Assembly: GCA_030704615.1 (NCBI GenBank)
Contig: CM060731.1
Coordinates: 70,060,001-70,124,000 of the forward strand
DNA: 64,000 bases
Direction: 5' to 3'
Source of the DNA: Takakia lepidozioides
Lineage: Eukaryota; Plantae; Bryophyta
In this document: in pieces, positions 25,285 through 38,090 of the stretch
How the letters are laid out: every line of letters starts with the position of its first letter
Position numbering within the stretch: position 1 is the first letter of the stretch
Position numbers and translations under genes: made by a program
Notes under the pieces: model-generated
Database searches by the model: none
What the model saw: the letters and a program-made list of their open reading frames with translations, nothing else
Told to the model about the DNA's origin: nothing

Positions 25285-26246
25285 TCATTTCTGATGTTTA
25301 CCTGTCAACAATAAACATGTAATTTTAATACATCTAATGACATCTGCTCCAATGGTGATTTTTGTATCCCATCCACTATCCATGAGTGATTCCAACAGCT
25401 TCTCACAAGGTTCTTTGAAAGTGAACATGGTATTGCTCTTAGAGATACTGCTGGCCACGGAAAATAGATCTACCATTACTCCGACTGGCATAAACCATTG
25501 TAAGTGGGTTGATTTGCTTCCTATTCTGGGTTTCATAGAGGATAAGAAATCAGACCGCAACTTAAGTCTGAAAGACTCACTGGTCGCCATGTCCGGTAAC
25601 GGCCAAGCTGGGTCACTAAAACCAGGAAGAGGGATCGGCTGTACTGTTCCAAACTCGGATCTACCATTGTGTGGGGTGTAAAATGCATTGTAGAAGTACA
25701 CATGATCTTGGAGGAGCTCCTTGTGCGTTCGATTTCCACGGCAAGCCTCACCTACTTCGGCGTGCACCACATACAAAACGTCCATTATACTCTTCGGATC
25801 AATCCAATCTTCAAAGGTGGAAAGGTATAGGTCTGCAATAAAACCCCACCCTCATCGTATAGCTGTTCCATTGTGCACAATACAAGGTGAACTTAGCAAA
25901 TAATGTAAACTTCTGAGGATCTTAGACAACTTAAATTGCAAGCACCTCTACCGAAAGCTGCATCTGCAGGCAAATCGAGTTGCCGTTGCATGTAAGCATG
26001 TTGAACACATATTTTGGATACGATTGTGGATCCACCTTCGAAACGAAACTTCAGCACCTTCGCCTTGTACGCCCCCTCCGTTGTAGAAGTTCCGCCGTGC
26101 TTCAATGAATCCTTAGCATGATCGCCTCTTCTACCCGGCATCAACGCTACCCAAGAATGACTCTCCACCTTCATGGGAATCCAGTTATCATTCTCGTCTT
26201 TTGAATTGAACACTATCACAGATCCTACTTCACTTCGTGGCCGCAT
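25285..26246 (-). pseudogene. Gene remnant with a BAH-like domain (probably TE accessory)
   Basis: YKAKVLKFRF...ICVQHAY, then EDWIDPKSIMDVLYVVH...YFYNAFY resembles the BAH beta-strand pattern. Two ORF segments probably joined by an intron (~25830-25935). Confidence 0.4.
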
Positions 26247-26520
26247 CTTGTTTCAGATTCACAATTCCCTCTATATCCCACCAAGAAATCAACTTAGGAT
26301 CCATTTTTCAGCTGGTCAGTTAGTGATTAGTCGCCTACTGATATCAAGCTCAGGTATTGTATCTTGTGTCCAAGGGGTGCTTCTTGAGTTCCACTTGTTA
26401 CAGACTCAGAACAGGTTCAGAAAAATTCATGCGGAAAAGACAATGGCCTGACTACATAGCCTTGTGGCCCGCACACAGTTTGGGCAGTCATGATATAAAG
26501 AACATGCGATGCATCAACAG

Positions 26521-26944
26521 CAGCAAATAAAATAGTCCATCAAAGAATTAGATGCCATGCACATAAGGTTGATTATTTCACATATAGTGCATGGACAAAC
26601 TATAATTGTCATAGACCGGCCAGATGACACATTAGATTCTGTCACATCAGATTCTTTGTGGAAGCTAGGCCATAAGATTCATGTAACATTAGATTCTGTT
26701 CTGGCCAAAATGCAAGCAGTTTTTGTTATCTGGCCTTACACTCTTCCAGCAAATAAAACAGTCCATCAAAGAATTAGATGCCATGCACATAAGGATTATA
26801 GGATTTCACATATATTGCATAGACAAACTATATGTCAAAAACCGGCCAGATAACACATTAGAATCTGTCACATTAGATTATTTGCGGAAGCCAGGCCATA
26901 AGATTCAAGTTACATTAGATTCTGTTTTGGTCAACATGCAAGCA
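26521..26944. repeat. Direct tandem duplication (~200 bp x2)
   Basis: CAGCAAATAAAAYAGTCCATCAAAGAATTAGATGCCATGCACATAAGG...TGCAAGCA at 26521-26718 and 26747-26944. Confidence 0.9.
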
Positions 26945-28999
26945 TGTGACTGAAAACTGGCCTTCTTTGGAATCTGGTATGCCAGTTTTCGACCCTCCGA
27001 ATGCATTGATATGGTCAGCAATATGGCTCCTTCATGTGCAGGCAGCTCCCTCACTGACAAATTGCCAAGCAGAGATAGAGCATAAATTTTCCTCTCTATA
27101 TCTATTGTTCCCTCTCTTGTTACCCCCTGCAGCTCTGTTGTAGCCTCGAGGGCTGGGCAGACCTCCACCAACCTGCACCGACCTCCACCGACCTCCATCT
27201 GCCAGAGTCTTCAAACCTAAAAGCTGTCCCTGCTTCATCAGATCCATCCAACTCAGTTGTAGCATATAAACATACCCACCTATTTCAACATCACCAGAGA
27301 TGTAGGAAACATTTATCACCACATTGACTTCCTATCTTCAGACATTCTCTTGATCAATAGATGTTTTGGGGAGCCAGATGTGGGTATGGACAAGAGTGGC
27401 CCATCTATGACGTTTTATGGTCTAATAAAGCTGGATAAGATCTACAGTATAAAGGTTCTCCCCTACCATTACCTATGATTACCCCTTGCCCAGCAGTGGG
27501 GCACAGACAGTAGGTTTAAATCTAGCAATTACTGGGATCTGGTTTCAGAAAGCATTGCTGCATGGGATCCTGGAACAAGCTTCCTTAAGGGTTAAACATC
27601 CTCGTGCTTGACAGCTTGCTCTCTTCCTTTGTGCATCTGGGGACAACATACATCTGATTGTCCCTAGAAGACGAGTGTCAACTGCTGCAACTCTCCTCCC
27701 ATGATTTGGATGCATGGATCTGAAACTCCAACTAAACTTCAACGCTTGTTATGATCATTGGTTGCAACTGTTGTTTTCTCGCCGGCTGGCTTTATCACCT
27801 CTGTCTGAATTGTAACCTCACCAGTTAATACCTCTGTCTGTCTGGTCGTGTCGCATCTGGATAGAAGCTGTGACACGAGGTTTTCGCTCATGTTTATGAT
27901 GAAGATGAATAAACAGACCTTCCCCCCTCCTCCCTACTGTGGCCCTTTACTGATTCATCCATGGAGAAAACAGGGGAGGGTTTGACCACATACTCGGAGG
28001 TTCTTGATGACATGGAGAGGTTTCAGGCCAAACAGCTTCTCATTTTGGAGGCAAAGAGAGAAATACTGTTGCTCCTCCTTGATATTTAACAACAAAATTC
28101 ATCTGCCAGGCAAGTATCTAGTATTACAGTCACAAGTAAAAATAACCCATGTAATTATCACCTGTATGGACCTTATGTGTTAAACCCAACCAACAAAGGA
28201 AGCCCCAATGCTAATAGCAAGCAAGTAACTAGCAGACTTATTGAACCCACCAATGGCTGCCACCCATAGATAAAAAATGTACCCCCATTCCCTCATCCTT
28301 GCATATCTTTCTCTGTGTGTCTCTCCCAAAGAATAGAGCGATTTCAACCACTGCCAAATCGTGCTGGCATTCACCTCAAGGTCTGTTTGAATAAAATGAC
28401 ACATTCATACCTCACTTGGAATATCAGAAACGGTTACTTCCCCTTGCACATACAAAGCAAGCAAAGTACTCACCAAAGTGGGTGCGGACTCCCTGGCAAC
28501 GGGCAGAGTCAAGTGCTTGGGGTCGCCTCCTAGCAATGGTCTGCTCTAGTCACTGCAGCTTGCTAGTGACCTCACCTGCCTCAAGCCAGGACTAACCACA
28601 CTTCAGCATGGCAACATGTAAACAAATGGGAAGAGTTGAGGAGTGAGGGAAAGGGTAGAATGGATGGACCTGCCAAGGACGAGCAGCCTCTGAAAAGACC
28701 ATAACATCTCCAGGCTTCACTCCCATAACAAGACAGGAGATGAGAAACGTTTCCTGTCTCCACTTCCTGCATGTTCCAGACTGTGAGAGAAGAGGGAAAA
28801 ACGATACAAGTACATGTAATATCCCCTGAAAGTACTTGCAACACTTCCTCAATGTGTGTGTATGGCTGCAGCTCCAGACTGCTGCGAAACATGAACCACA
28901 GTTCAAATTAATTTGTTTTGACAACGATGACTATACATGTCCAGAGCGAAGCTCAAGATGTAAGCAGAGCTGAGGTTTATTAAGAGAAAGCCTAACAAG

Positions 29000-30788
29000 T
29001 TAAGTTCCCGAAGGTTGCAAGGACTCTCTACCAGACGAGAAACAGCACCGTCATCGGCACTCCAGCCTGCAAAGCTCAACTTGTCCCGACATGCCAGGGC
29101 TTGCTTCATGCCCTCTCTCCATTTCCTGCAAACTCTGCTGGCCCTGGCAGTCATCACCCATATATGAACGGGGTTGAGTAGAGAAAAGTGAAAGGAAGCC
29201 CGAGAAGGGGTCTGCCAGGAATCCATAGCCTGAGAGCGAAAAAGGTTGGTTGATGGTATTGACCCATTGATGTTCTTTATGGATTTCCTTGCCACCCTGT
29301 AGGATTGTCTTCCATTGATCTGGGATAGAGCAGATGATGGTTTGGATCCCAGCTACCAGCCTGTTTTGACCCAGCGCCATCCTAAGGGAATCCGAGTTGC
29401 TGTCCCACAAGTGAGCTATTTGCCAGAAGCCTCTCGTTTCCCATGCTGCCCATCGTCTAGCTTGTGCTCTCTCTAGAGGGGTTGGATTTGATGTATTAAG
29501 GAAAAGATGCTGCCTCATTGTTTCTTGGAAGGTGGCAGGCTCCGACTTGAGCAGAAATGGCCTAAATCTTTTCCAGGCTTTCCAAATGTTTTTCCACAAA
29601 GGCGATCCCACTGATTTGTGATTGAATCCCTGGGTTATCCACCTGGTGGATTGTTTCCAGTGAGTGCTCAGGAGAGGTGAGCTAAAGGCTATGTTTTCTT
29701 CCACCAGAAGTTTCCACCACCCGCCTTCGGGTCCCAGAAATCTGGGCAACCATTTTCCCAGCAGAGCGTGGATCTGCATTTCTGGGTCCAAGATACCTAA
29801 CCCCCACTCTTCTTTGGGAGGCATATTTGCCTCCATGACACCTGGGGTCTTTTGTTCCGTGTTGAACAGTTTGCTCCCCAAATGAAGTTTCTCACGCATC
29901 TTTTGACATCGTTTAGGAACAACGAATCCGGGCCCCAAGTGGAGGCAAAGTACCAAATGCCTGCCTGTAGCACCTGGTTTGCCACCAAAGCTTCCTGTAA
30001 TGGTGAGAAAGCGTGATCCCCAGTAGGTTAATTTTCTCTTGAGCGTGGCTAGAATGGGCCCCATTCTTTGGTTCTCTGTAAGGTCTTACCAAAAACGTAT
30101 CCTAGCAGTGTTGTTGACTCGCCCGATGCCAGCCAGATTAGACCTATTTCAGCCCCCCATGAGGGGTTATTGCCTATTTTTGATTGTGCGAGGTCTCCCA
30201 CCAAGATTGCATTGGTCTTACTCCAATTGACCCTGAAGCCGGAGACCTCACAGAACTGGGTTAAAGTATCATGGGCTGCCTATAGGGTGTTGGGGGTGGC
30301 ATCAAGTAGTAAGAATGTATCGTCAACAAACATAGAGTCTTTTACTTGGGATTTGGAGCCCAGACCTAGGGTTTTTTATCCTGAGGCCTTGCACCGAAGC
30401 TTCAGAGTCCAGCAGGTAACCTAGGGTGTCAGCCACAAACAAGAAAAGAAAGGGAGACAACGGGCATCCTTGTCTAGCCGACCTGTGGAGTAAAAAAGGA
30501 GCGGAGAGATGGCCATTGATCAGGACTCTGCTAGTGGATTGGTAGAGAAGGATTTGAACCCATTGACAGAAGTTTTCTGGGATGCCTGTCTTTCGAAGAA
30601 CCGCCAGAAGGAAGGTCCAATCTACCTTGTCGAAGGCTTTCTCAAAATCTAGCAACCATAGGGCCAGGGCCTGGTTGTTTCTGGAAGCATATGAGGAGGC
30701 TTCTTGAGCAAAAGGATATTGTCGAGAATGTACCTACCTTTAATAAAACCAGCCTGGCCTGTCCTGATAAGCTGAGGGAGAAGGGGCT
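29000..30788 (-). mobile_element. LINE (L1/Tx1-like) ORF2 reverse transcriptase fragment, frameshifted
   Basis: GQAGFIKGRYILDNI; LDFEKAFDKVDW; RQGCPLSPFLF; FVDDT; VSGFRVNWSKT; ICLPK..GLGILD. Confidence 0.92.
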
Positions 30789-30796
30789 AGATGTTA

Positions 30797-30858
30797 CTTT
30801 CTCCTCTCACTATGCTTAATTTGTGAGTGGTCGCTCCCAGGTATTTTCCTTATATATT

Positions 30859-30892
<34 letters not shown>
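30797..30892 (+). mobile_element. SINE 3' fragment plus (TA)n tail
   Basis: TTCTCCTCTCAC...TTTGTGAGTGGTCGCTCCCAGGTATTTTCCTT followed by a TA microsatellite; same tail as the other SINE copies. Confidence 0.7.
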
Positions 30893-32296
30893 ACAGCAGA
30901 AGGAATAATGTCAAGCTCTGAGAGAGCTTGTCCTTGTCATTTGATTGGAGTAGTTGAAACTAAATGCACTGCCAAACACATCAACTGACTACCTCAAGTA
31001 TCATGTTAGCATGTAGCCGAGTCATAATGGGCACATACCACGTTGGATGTGGTTGTGGGTTCAAACCACAGTCTGGTGTGTCATGAAGGTGTCCACCTTC
31101 CTAGCGGAAGGCAGTAGCCCTTCGGGGTGAAGTGACTCCATAAGTTACACTTCCTTCAGGAGACGTCATACTTTTTTTTTCCTGTTATAGGGACTTGAGT
31201 GAACTACCGCTATAGGTACTTTGTATTTTGTATACACGTACATTATGTATAACAAACGTCCGCCACAAGAGGCTATGTCCTTGCTCTTCCTTTTGTGATT
31301 TTGGCGTTGTTGTTTTATATTTTTCTCCACGGCTTCATGAATCATGCCCATCAACCCTCCATAGACTAGGCTTAATGGATGAGCCTATTCTCCCCCTAGG
31401 CAAGATGTCTCCACAATGCCTCTACGATATCCTTTGTGGGTCATGTCAACCCTCCATAGACTAGGCTTAATGGATAAGCCTAGTTCTCCGTTCTCCGCCT
31501 AGACAAGATGTCTCCACAATACCTCTATCCCTTGCGGGACAGAGCCAATATATATGTGTGTATATTGTATATTATATACATACACAGTGCCATAAGGTTC
31601 ACCAACAAAACACTTTCTTCCTTTTTAAGTTTTGAGAATAAATAGTAGAGTGACGAAACACATTGCTTTACATGCGTGTTTCACGGAGTCTCTTTCCATT
31701 TCACCTGCTCTAACCACTGTTGTGTGGCCATGAAGGTTATAAACATGGATGACCCACTTTACAATGCTCTCCTCTATAGGTACAAAGCCGGCACCCACTT
31801 AAGTGGCATATCCAAGCTACTTATGAGGCAAGTAAACTATCACTTACCTACCCACCAGGAAAGTGAAGGGCGTTTGTTCAAAGTTGATGCTTTGGAAGGC
31901 CAATCTGCTGTGGAAGTCCCTCCTAGGTTCGCGGTTCCTGCCTTGCTTGAGCTGTATCATGCATCTATTTTTGCTGGTCATTTGGGGGTTACAAAGACAG
32001 TCAAGAGGTTACAAGAACAATACCATTGGAACGGCTTAGTAAAGGATGTCTCAGATTTCATTGCCAGATGCGTACCCTGTCATCCCAAAACAGAACCGAA
32101 GCTCCACTTCCTTTACAGCTAATCCCTATCATAGAGCCTTTTGCAAGGGTTGGCTTAGATCTAGTTGGACCACTCAAACCTACGTCCAAGGGCCATGCCT
32201 ACATTGTTGTAGCTACAGATTACCTAACGAAATGGGACAGTGATGAAGTCGTACAATTCTTCTTTGATAAGGTGATCCTCCGCCATGGGTGCCCTC

Positions 32297-33436
32297 CAGT
32301 GTCGTGCGGGTATATTGATTTCAATATACCCTTAGGGTATAAGTAAATTATTTTAGTCAAATCATTTACCCTCCGGGTATGGATTAATTAACATTTCAGA
32401 TTTCTATATAACCCCCGGGTATGGATATATATGCTAAAATATACCCTGAGGGTATGAATAGTTTCCGGGTATGGATAGTTATTTCCATTAATATATAATT
32501 TAATGGTTTTAAAGAATATATGATGTTCTTTTTTTTCTTTTCTTTTTTTCCATAAAGGAAATCTGGGAGTGACTGCTCACAAGATATTCTTCAATATGTA
32601 CAAAACACAGAAAAAACTATTAAAAAAAACAAAAAACAAAAAACAAAAAACAAAAAACAATCTTTGGTAAAAGAGAAAATTGCATAATATTTTGGTGTTA
32701 ATTTCCAATGCAAGATGGAGGAGGTTTGAGATTTTTTTTTAAACACGTCGGCTGGTAGCTCAGCTGGTAAGTGCACAATGTGTGTCACTCAGATGGTTCG
32801 GGGTTCGAACCCGCTGCTCTGCCCCGTGTGTGGGATTGTTCGTGTGACGGTATGTTTGGGCGTTGATCGTCTTGTAGGTCTCATGGCCCATAAATGAAAG
32901 GGGGTTAATCTTTCCCCCTCCTCAAGGGCCTGAATTGTGGGTTGTCGCTCCCAGATTTCCTTAAATAAATAATAAATAAAAACCCCTCAAGGACCTAAAT
33001 TGTGGGCTATCAGGTTTCCTTATATATATATATGCGAGATCTGAAGAGGTATTGTTTGGGTTATATGATATTTAAGGAATGATATATATGTAACATTTGT
33101 TTTAGCTCTGATTGGAGCTTTGTTATAGCTCAAGGCTCCCTATCAACACAACAAAACGAGAAAAGACCTAGCACATAAAGGCTATGAAGGCACATAAAGG
33201 CCCTTATATACCCTGATTAGATGTACCCTTCATTTTAACATATACCCTTCAGGAAAGTAGGTATATTGAGCGTAAGGTAAATATAAAGATAAGGGTATAT
33301 CATAAAAATATACCCTGATATAAATAAGGGTATACATCCAGTACCTATGCCATACCAGGGTATATATATATATATCAATATACCCTGATATACCCGCCGG
33401 GTATGTCAGGGTAATTCATATACCCGCCCAACACTG
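32297..33436. mobile_element. Non-autonomous hAT-type element, 1140 bp, containing SINE insertions
   Basis: TIR CAGTGTCGTGCGGGTATAT vs CAGTGTTGGGCGGGTATAT (17/19). 8-bp TSD GTGCCCTC (32289-32296, 33437-33444). GGGTAT/ATACCC subterminal repeats. Confidence 0.92.
32747..32981 (+). mobile_element. tRNA-derived SINE (full length)
   Basis: A box TAGCTCAGCTGG (32756-32767), B box GGTTCGAACCC (32802-32812), shared tail GGGCCTGAATTGTGGGTTGTCGCTCCCAGATTTCCTT plus A-rich end. Confidence 0.85.
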
Positions 33437-33808
33437 GTGCCCTCTTGAGATCCTCACAGATCAAGGTACCAAATTCTGCAATCAACTCATGAAGATTGTC
33501 TTGTTCAATTTAAACATTAAGCATGCTATGACTGCTCCCTACAACCCCCAATGCAATGGCTTGACCAAGCACTTTAACCAAACCATGTGTAGGATGCTGG
33601 AGAAAAATAGGACCCTTATTGATGAGTGGGACATCGTCATTCTTATTTTGTTGTTTGTCTATCGTACTTCCAATTCATGTTAATACCAAGATATCTCCCT
33701 TTGAGTTATTGTATGGTAGAAATTGTCGTAGCCCCTTCCATATTTCCTTGCTGCAAGTTTGTGCTACAGAGCCTGAAAACTGGGAAGAATTTCTACTCTC
33801 CATGGATA

Positions 33809-36800
33809 CCGTACGCGCAGGTCGGTTTTGGCACCCAGCTGCCGAATTAATTAATTTCTGAGACCTGGGTGCTTTTGACACATGGAAAGTAGTTTCCAAG
33901 GTTTTAGGCATTTGCCGTGGCTAATTTTTCGACATTGCACAAGCTACTCTCCTCCAGTATGTTCGTAGTCCATAACTCCCCACCATATTGACAGTGAACT
34001 TTTCCGCACTTCAAGCCTGTCCTTCTTATCCATATCCACTACGTCGTCGATGTCGATAGTGACATTGTTGCTCGTTTTTTTTTTCCAAAAGCTAGTGAGG
34101 TTTGTTATGGACTGTGTGCAATCTTGCACTTGCTTGCAGTGCATTCATGAGAGGAATCTTGACGTATACATTAGCACCAAACATTGTAAGTGTGTGTTGA
34201 AAACTTATCAAACTTTATCACTTGTAGATGCAATCCGAGATAGGGCAAGAAAATGCAAGTGCACATCAAAGAGAATTCTTTCAACTTTCTTCTGTTGCAG
34301 AGAGAATAAGAACAAAGGGAATGAGACGCTAGAATGTAGTACATCTGATGAAGATGATATTGAGAGTGAAGATAGATAATCAAGTCTTTTATTTTTTGTG
34401 AGTGCCATGATGGCTACTAATCAACTATCTTTGACGAGGTTTTTGAAAAGTATGAGCGATGATGATATCAATGGAGAGTTTCAGAAAATCACTTTAAAAT
34501 TTGAGAATGAAGCTGTAGAAAAGAAGTCTCTTCCACCTAAACCTAAGTGATCAGTGGGGAGGCCTCGGAAAGTAGAGCCTCAAATGACACTTTTGAATGG
34601 CACTTTAGGACCGCTTCTTGCAACAACTAGCAGTTCACCACCAATGCGCACATGCAAAAGATCTAATAAGAAAAAAAGATGATCATATGTGAATTGGTTC
34701 ACGGAGGATACTTGGCCTCTAATTGAGGCGGCGGTGAAGCAATATCAAAGTTTGTCCACTGCCTTACACTATTTGAAATTGACTCACAGGTACCTAACTC
34801 TCATTAGGTACTCTCTTCATTGTGGTCATTTTTTAAATATTATTTCAAAGAGAATGTACTGCTGAGACATTATTTTCCATAGCTTTGTGGTCATAGACAT
34901 AGGTAATTAGGAAAGAGAGTCAGTGAAAACGAAGCTAGCTAGTCTTATTTAGATAATGAGCATGCACTCAGCTCATTGGGAGTCACCTTTGATATTCCAA
35001 GTCTGTGAATTCAGTAGCATAGTTACTTTATGCATGAATTAGGGTTTGCAGCAATTCCAACAAGGGTTGTCCAGTACACACAAGGCTGAGTTTTATATTG
35101 CATGAGCATGCACTTGCTTGAAAGGGACTGCGAGGTAATGTAGCCCATATGGTGTCTTCCTTGAAAGCAGTGAATGCTATAGGCCTGAGCCATATGATGG
35201 ATAGTTTGTCCATAGTGAATGTTGGGACTTCTCTTTGGCTTTTCTTGGTGTTATGGTAAGACTTTCAGTGGCTATGGTGGCTGACCTCTTTTTGGTGACG
35301 GAGGCCTATATTAAATTGAATCTAGTTAAATTTGATTGAGGAATTATACTTGTACAATGTAGAAAGGTCTCATATGTGTCACTTGATTCAATTTTATTTT
35401 GTAGGGTGCCTGGGATAAGTTCAAGCCCCTTTGACAGACTCAGTCGCAACTCTTTGTACACGTGGTTCACTTTTGAAGGGCACTTGAAGCCTAAGTATTT
35501 TCTTCATATTGGAAGACACAGTCAATTCATACCCTCAACTCAAAATCATGGACCTCTTGCATCTAGACTTGATGTGGTGAAAGAATTGTGTGAGTTGCTT
35601 ATGAAAATGAGAGTATGCAGGGCAATCTTTAAATGTTGGGATTTGCCAACCAATGATTTTGGGTTTCATTACTGTTCGTGCACCTGAGTTATTGGGTAAG
35701 TTTAAAGTGACAATACCGTGGACACGAGCATTCTTCAATAACACACTAAATTGGAGCTATCGACAGGCCACCACCGCATGTGGAAAACTTCTAGAAGATT
35801 GGGAGACTCTTAGAAAATTTATGGCGTACCGAGTTGCTTACTTTGTGAAGGCATACGATATCCCTCCAAATCTGGTTATAAATACTGATCAAACATGTAC
35901 TACATTTCATATTCTGCTAATTTTGCATGGCTTAGTTTTGCCTGAAACTTAATTTTATGTATGTATGTATGTATGTTATGTGTTTCTAATCAATTTAGCT
36001 TGCTTTATAGTTCATAATGTGGTTTCATTCTTCCACTGTCTTGCTGATTTTATATGTAATATATTTGATCATGATTTTTAAAGGTTATGATCAATCAGCG
36101 AAGTAGCTGCATGTATGATTTAAAATTTCTAATGTCAATTGATTTTTATTTTTATTTTTTTTCTCTTGTGATATTCATCTTGTTCCCATGGCTAGGGAGC
36201 GCACTTGGGAGAGGAAGGGCTCAAAGGATATCAAAGTCCTTGGAGTAGTGGATAAGCGTCAGATTACATGTTATGTATCATCATCGGCTGCTGGTAACTT
36301 ACTACCATTGCAAATCATCTTCACTGGTAAAACAAATCGATATTTACCAAAAACCCCAGCTGCAAGAAATTGTTTCGATTATGGGTTTCATTTCACAATG
36401 ACTGAAAACCATTGGTCCAACATTAAAACATGTAAACAATTTGTCCGTCATATCCTGGTTCCATATTTTAAAGACGTGGTAGATAAAATAACACTGCCAA
36501 GGAGCCAGAAGATGATTTGGCTTATAGATTGCTGGTCCGTCCACAAATCAGAGGCATTTCTTGCGTGGATGAAGAAAGAGTTCTCATATATTTGTGTGTT
36601 ATTTATTCATACAAATTGCACATCAAAGCTCCAACCTGCAGATGTCAGTCTTCTACTGTCTTTGAAATGTGGTTTCACAACACAGTTCAAGCAATTGTCG
36701 GCAGCATCAATTCAACATCAAATTGAGAATGATGTCTTAAATGTTCAGCTTGATCTTAGAATAGGTACACTACGTGAAAAGTTGTGTACTTGGCTTCTGC

Positions 36801-37243
36801 ATACTTGGAAAGTCGTGGGATGTCAGATGATTGTGAAATGGTGGGGCAAGTGTGGGTTGTTGATGACATTTGATAAAGGTTTTCAAGCGGAGGCTATGGA
36901 ATCAAATGCACATGCTTCCCTGTTTTTCAGCTTGGAGGACGATTGTGAAGATACTGATGAACAACAAGACATGGAGGAGTTGTTCGAAGATGATGATATC
37001 ATGGATATGATGCTCCAATGTGCTATGAGTGAAGCTTGAAGTGCATTAGGTTTAGTTGCTAGTTGATAAGTAGATTCAGATTTGTATTTTCCATTTTCAA
37101 CATATTTTCCTTCAATTTTTATTAATTCGGACATTGTGAGATTGAAATTTCTCGAATATTTCAGACAAAATGGTTCAATTTTCTCCATATTTTTGGACGG
37201 TGCCGTTTTTAATTAATTATGTGCGAAACCGACCCGCGCGTAG
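33809..37243 (+). mobile_element. pogo-like (Tc1/mariner superfamily) DNA transposon with intron-containing DDE_1 transposase, decayed
   Basis: TIRs CCGTACGCGCAGGTCGGTTTTGGCAC / GTGCGAAACCGACCCGCGCGTAG, flanked by TA. GRPRK AT-hook, VINTDQT, DKRQIT, LPLQIIFTGKT, LIDCWSVH, CTSKLQPADV (ORF 36188-37039). Confidence 0.88.
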
Positions 37244-37837
37244 TAAAGAAACGTCAGTTGCGTGAAACTGCTAAGTCTAACATTCGTGAGGTATTGCATT
37301 CATTGTCCTGACTAAAAACGTCATGATATGTGGACATGTGGCATCATATAAGGGGTTTGTTTTGAACTTTTAAATGTATTTAACAGTCAGAACCACGACT
37401 ATGCTTATAGGATCTCCTTGCTAGGTGGTTTCTGTTGGATATCACACGTGTCAATGTATGAATGAAAGTTGTTCAGTGATGTTAAAGTGATATTGCTTAC
37501 TACCTATAGTATAACCCTAGTCGTGCACATGTCTTCCTGTAATCTATACTTCTACTGTTATAATGATTCTACCTACTGTAGTTTACTACCTATACTAGAA
37601 CCATAGTCATGCATATATTTATCTGTGATCTGCACTTCTACTGCTATAGTGATTCTAACTACTGACAGCAGTAACCCACATGACTGATACAACAACAGAT
37701 TAGGGTAATATCTAATACAGATACAAAAAAAATACATTAGCTTACCAAAGATCAAAGTGACAAAAAATTGACTCTGCAAATGAATGTTTTATTCACAGGC
37801 AAGAATGACAAGAAATAACAAAGTGAGAAAGTGCAAA

Positions 37838-38090
37838 TGACATAACATAGGCACTTAAGATAGCAGCAGATGTAAAAAGAGTTTGTCTTAAACAATTGCC
37901 AGTCAAATTTACAGGGAAGTACCGGAGTCCCCAAAATCTGGCTTCTAAAATAACAATCTGACCAAGTGCAAAAGACATTACATAGGCACCGAAGATAGCA
38001 GCAGATGTAAAAAAAGATTGTCTAAAACAACTACTAGTCAAATTTACAATATAGCACCGGAGTCCCAAAATCATGCTTCTCAAAATACAG
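37838..38090. repeat. Tandem duplication (~135 bp x2)
   Basis: GACATWACATAGGCAC..AAGATAGCAGCAGATGTAAAAA...ACCGGAGTCCC at ~37840 and ~37974. Confidence 0.8.

Larger units (their letters stand above)
31730..33806 (+). pseudogene. Gypsy/Ginger-type integrase, interrupted by a hAT MITE and a pogo element
   Basis: HHCC finger (HASIFAGH...CVPC), VGLDLVGPL, ATDYLTKW, RHGCP|LEILTDQGTKF across the MITE, PYNPQCNG, SPFELLYGR. Resumes at ~37246 (KKRQLRETAKSNIRE). Confidence 0.9.

Noticed and set aside
27000-28950. Host gene remnant on the minus strand
   Set aside because: Exon-like pieces exist but I could not assign a family.
31005-31180. Additional tRNA-like SINE head (similar one at ~58255-58330)
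   Set aside because: Only a B-box-like motif is clear; insufficient support.
32747-32825. Functional tRNA gene
   Set aside because: A and B boxes are present, but the acceptor and anticodon stems pair poorly and it runs into the shared SINE tail.
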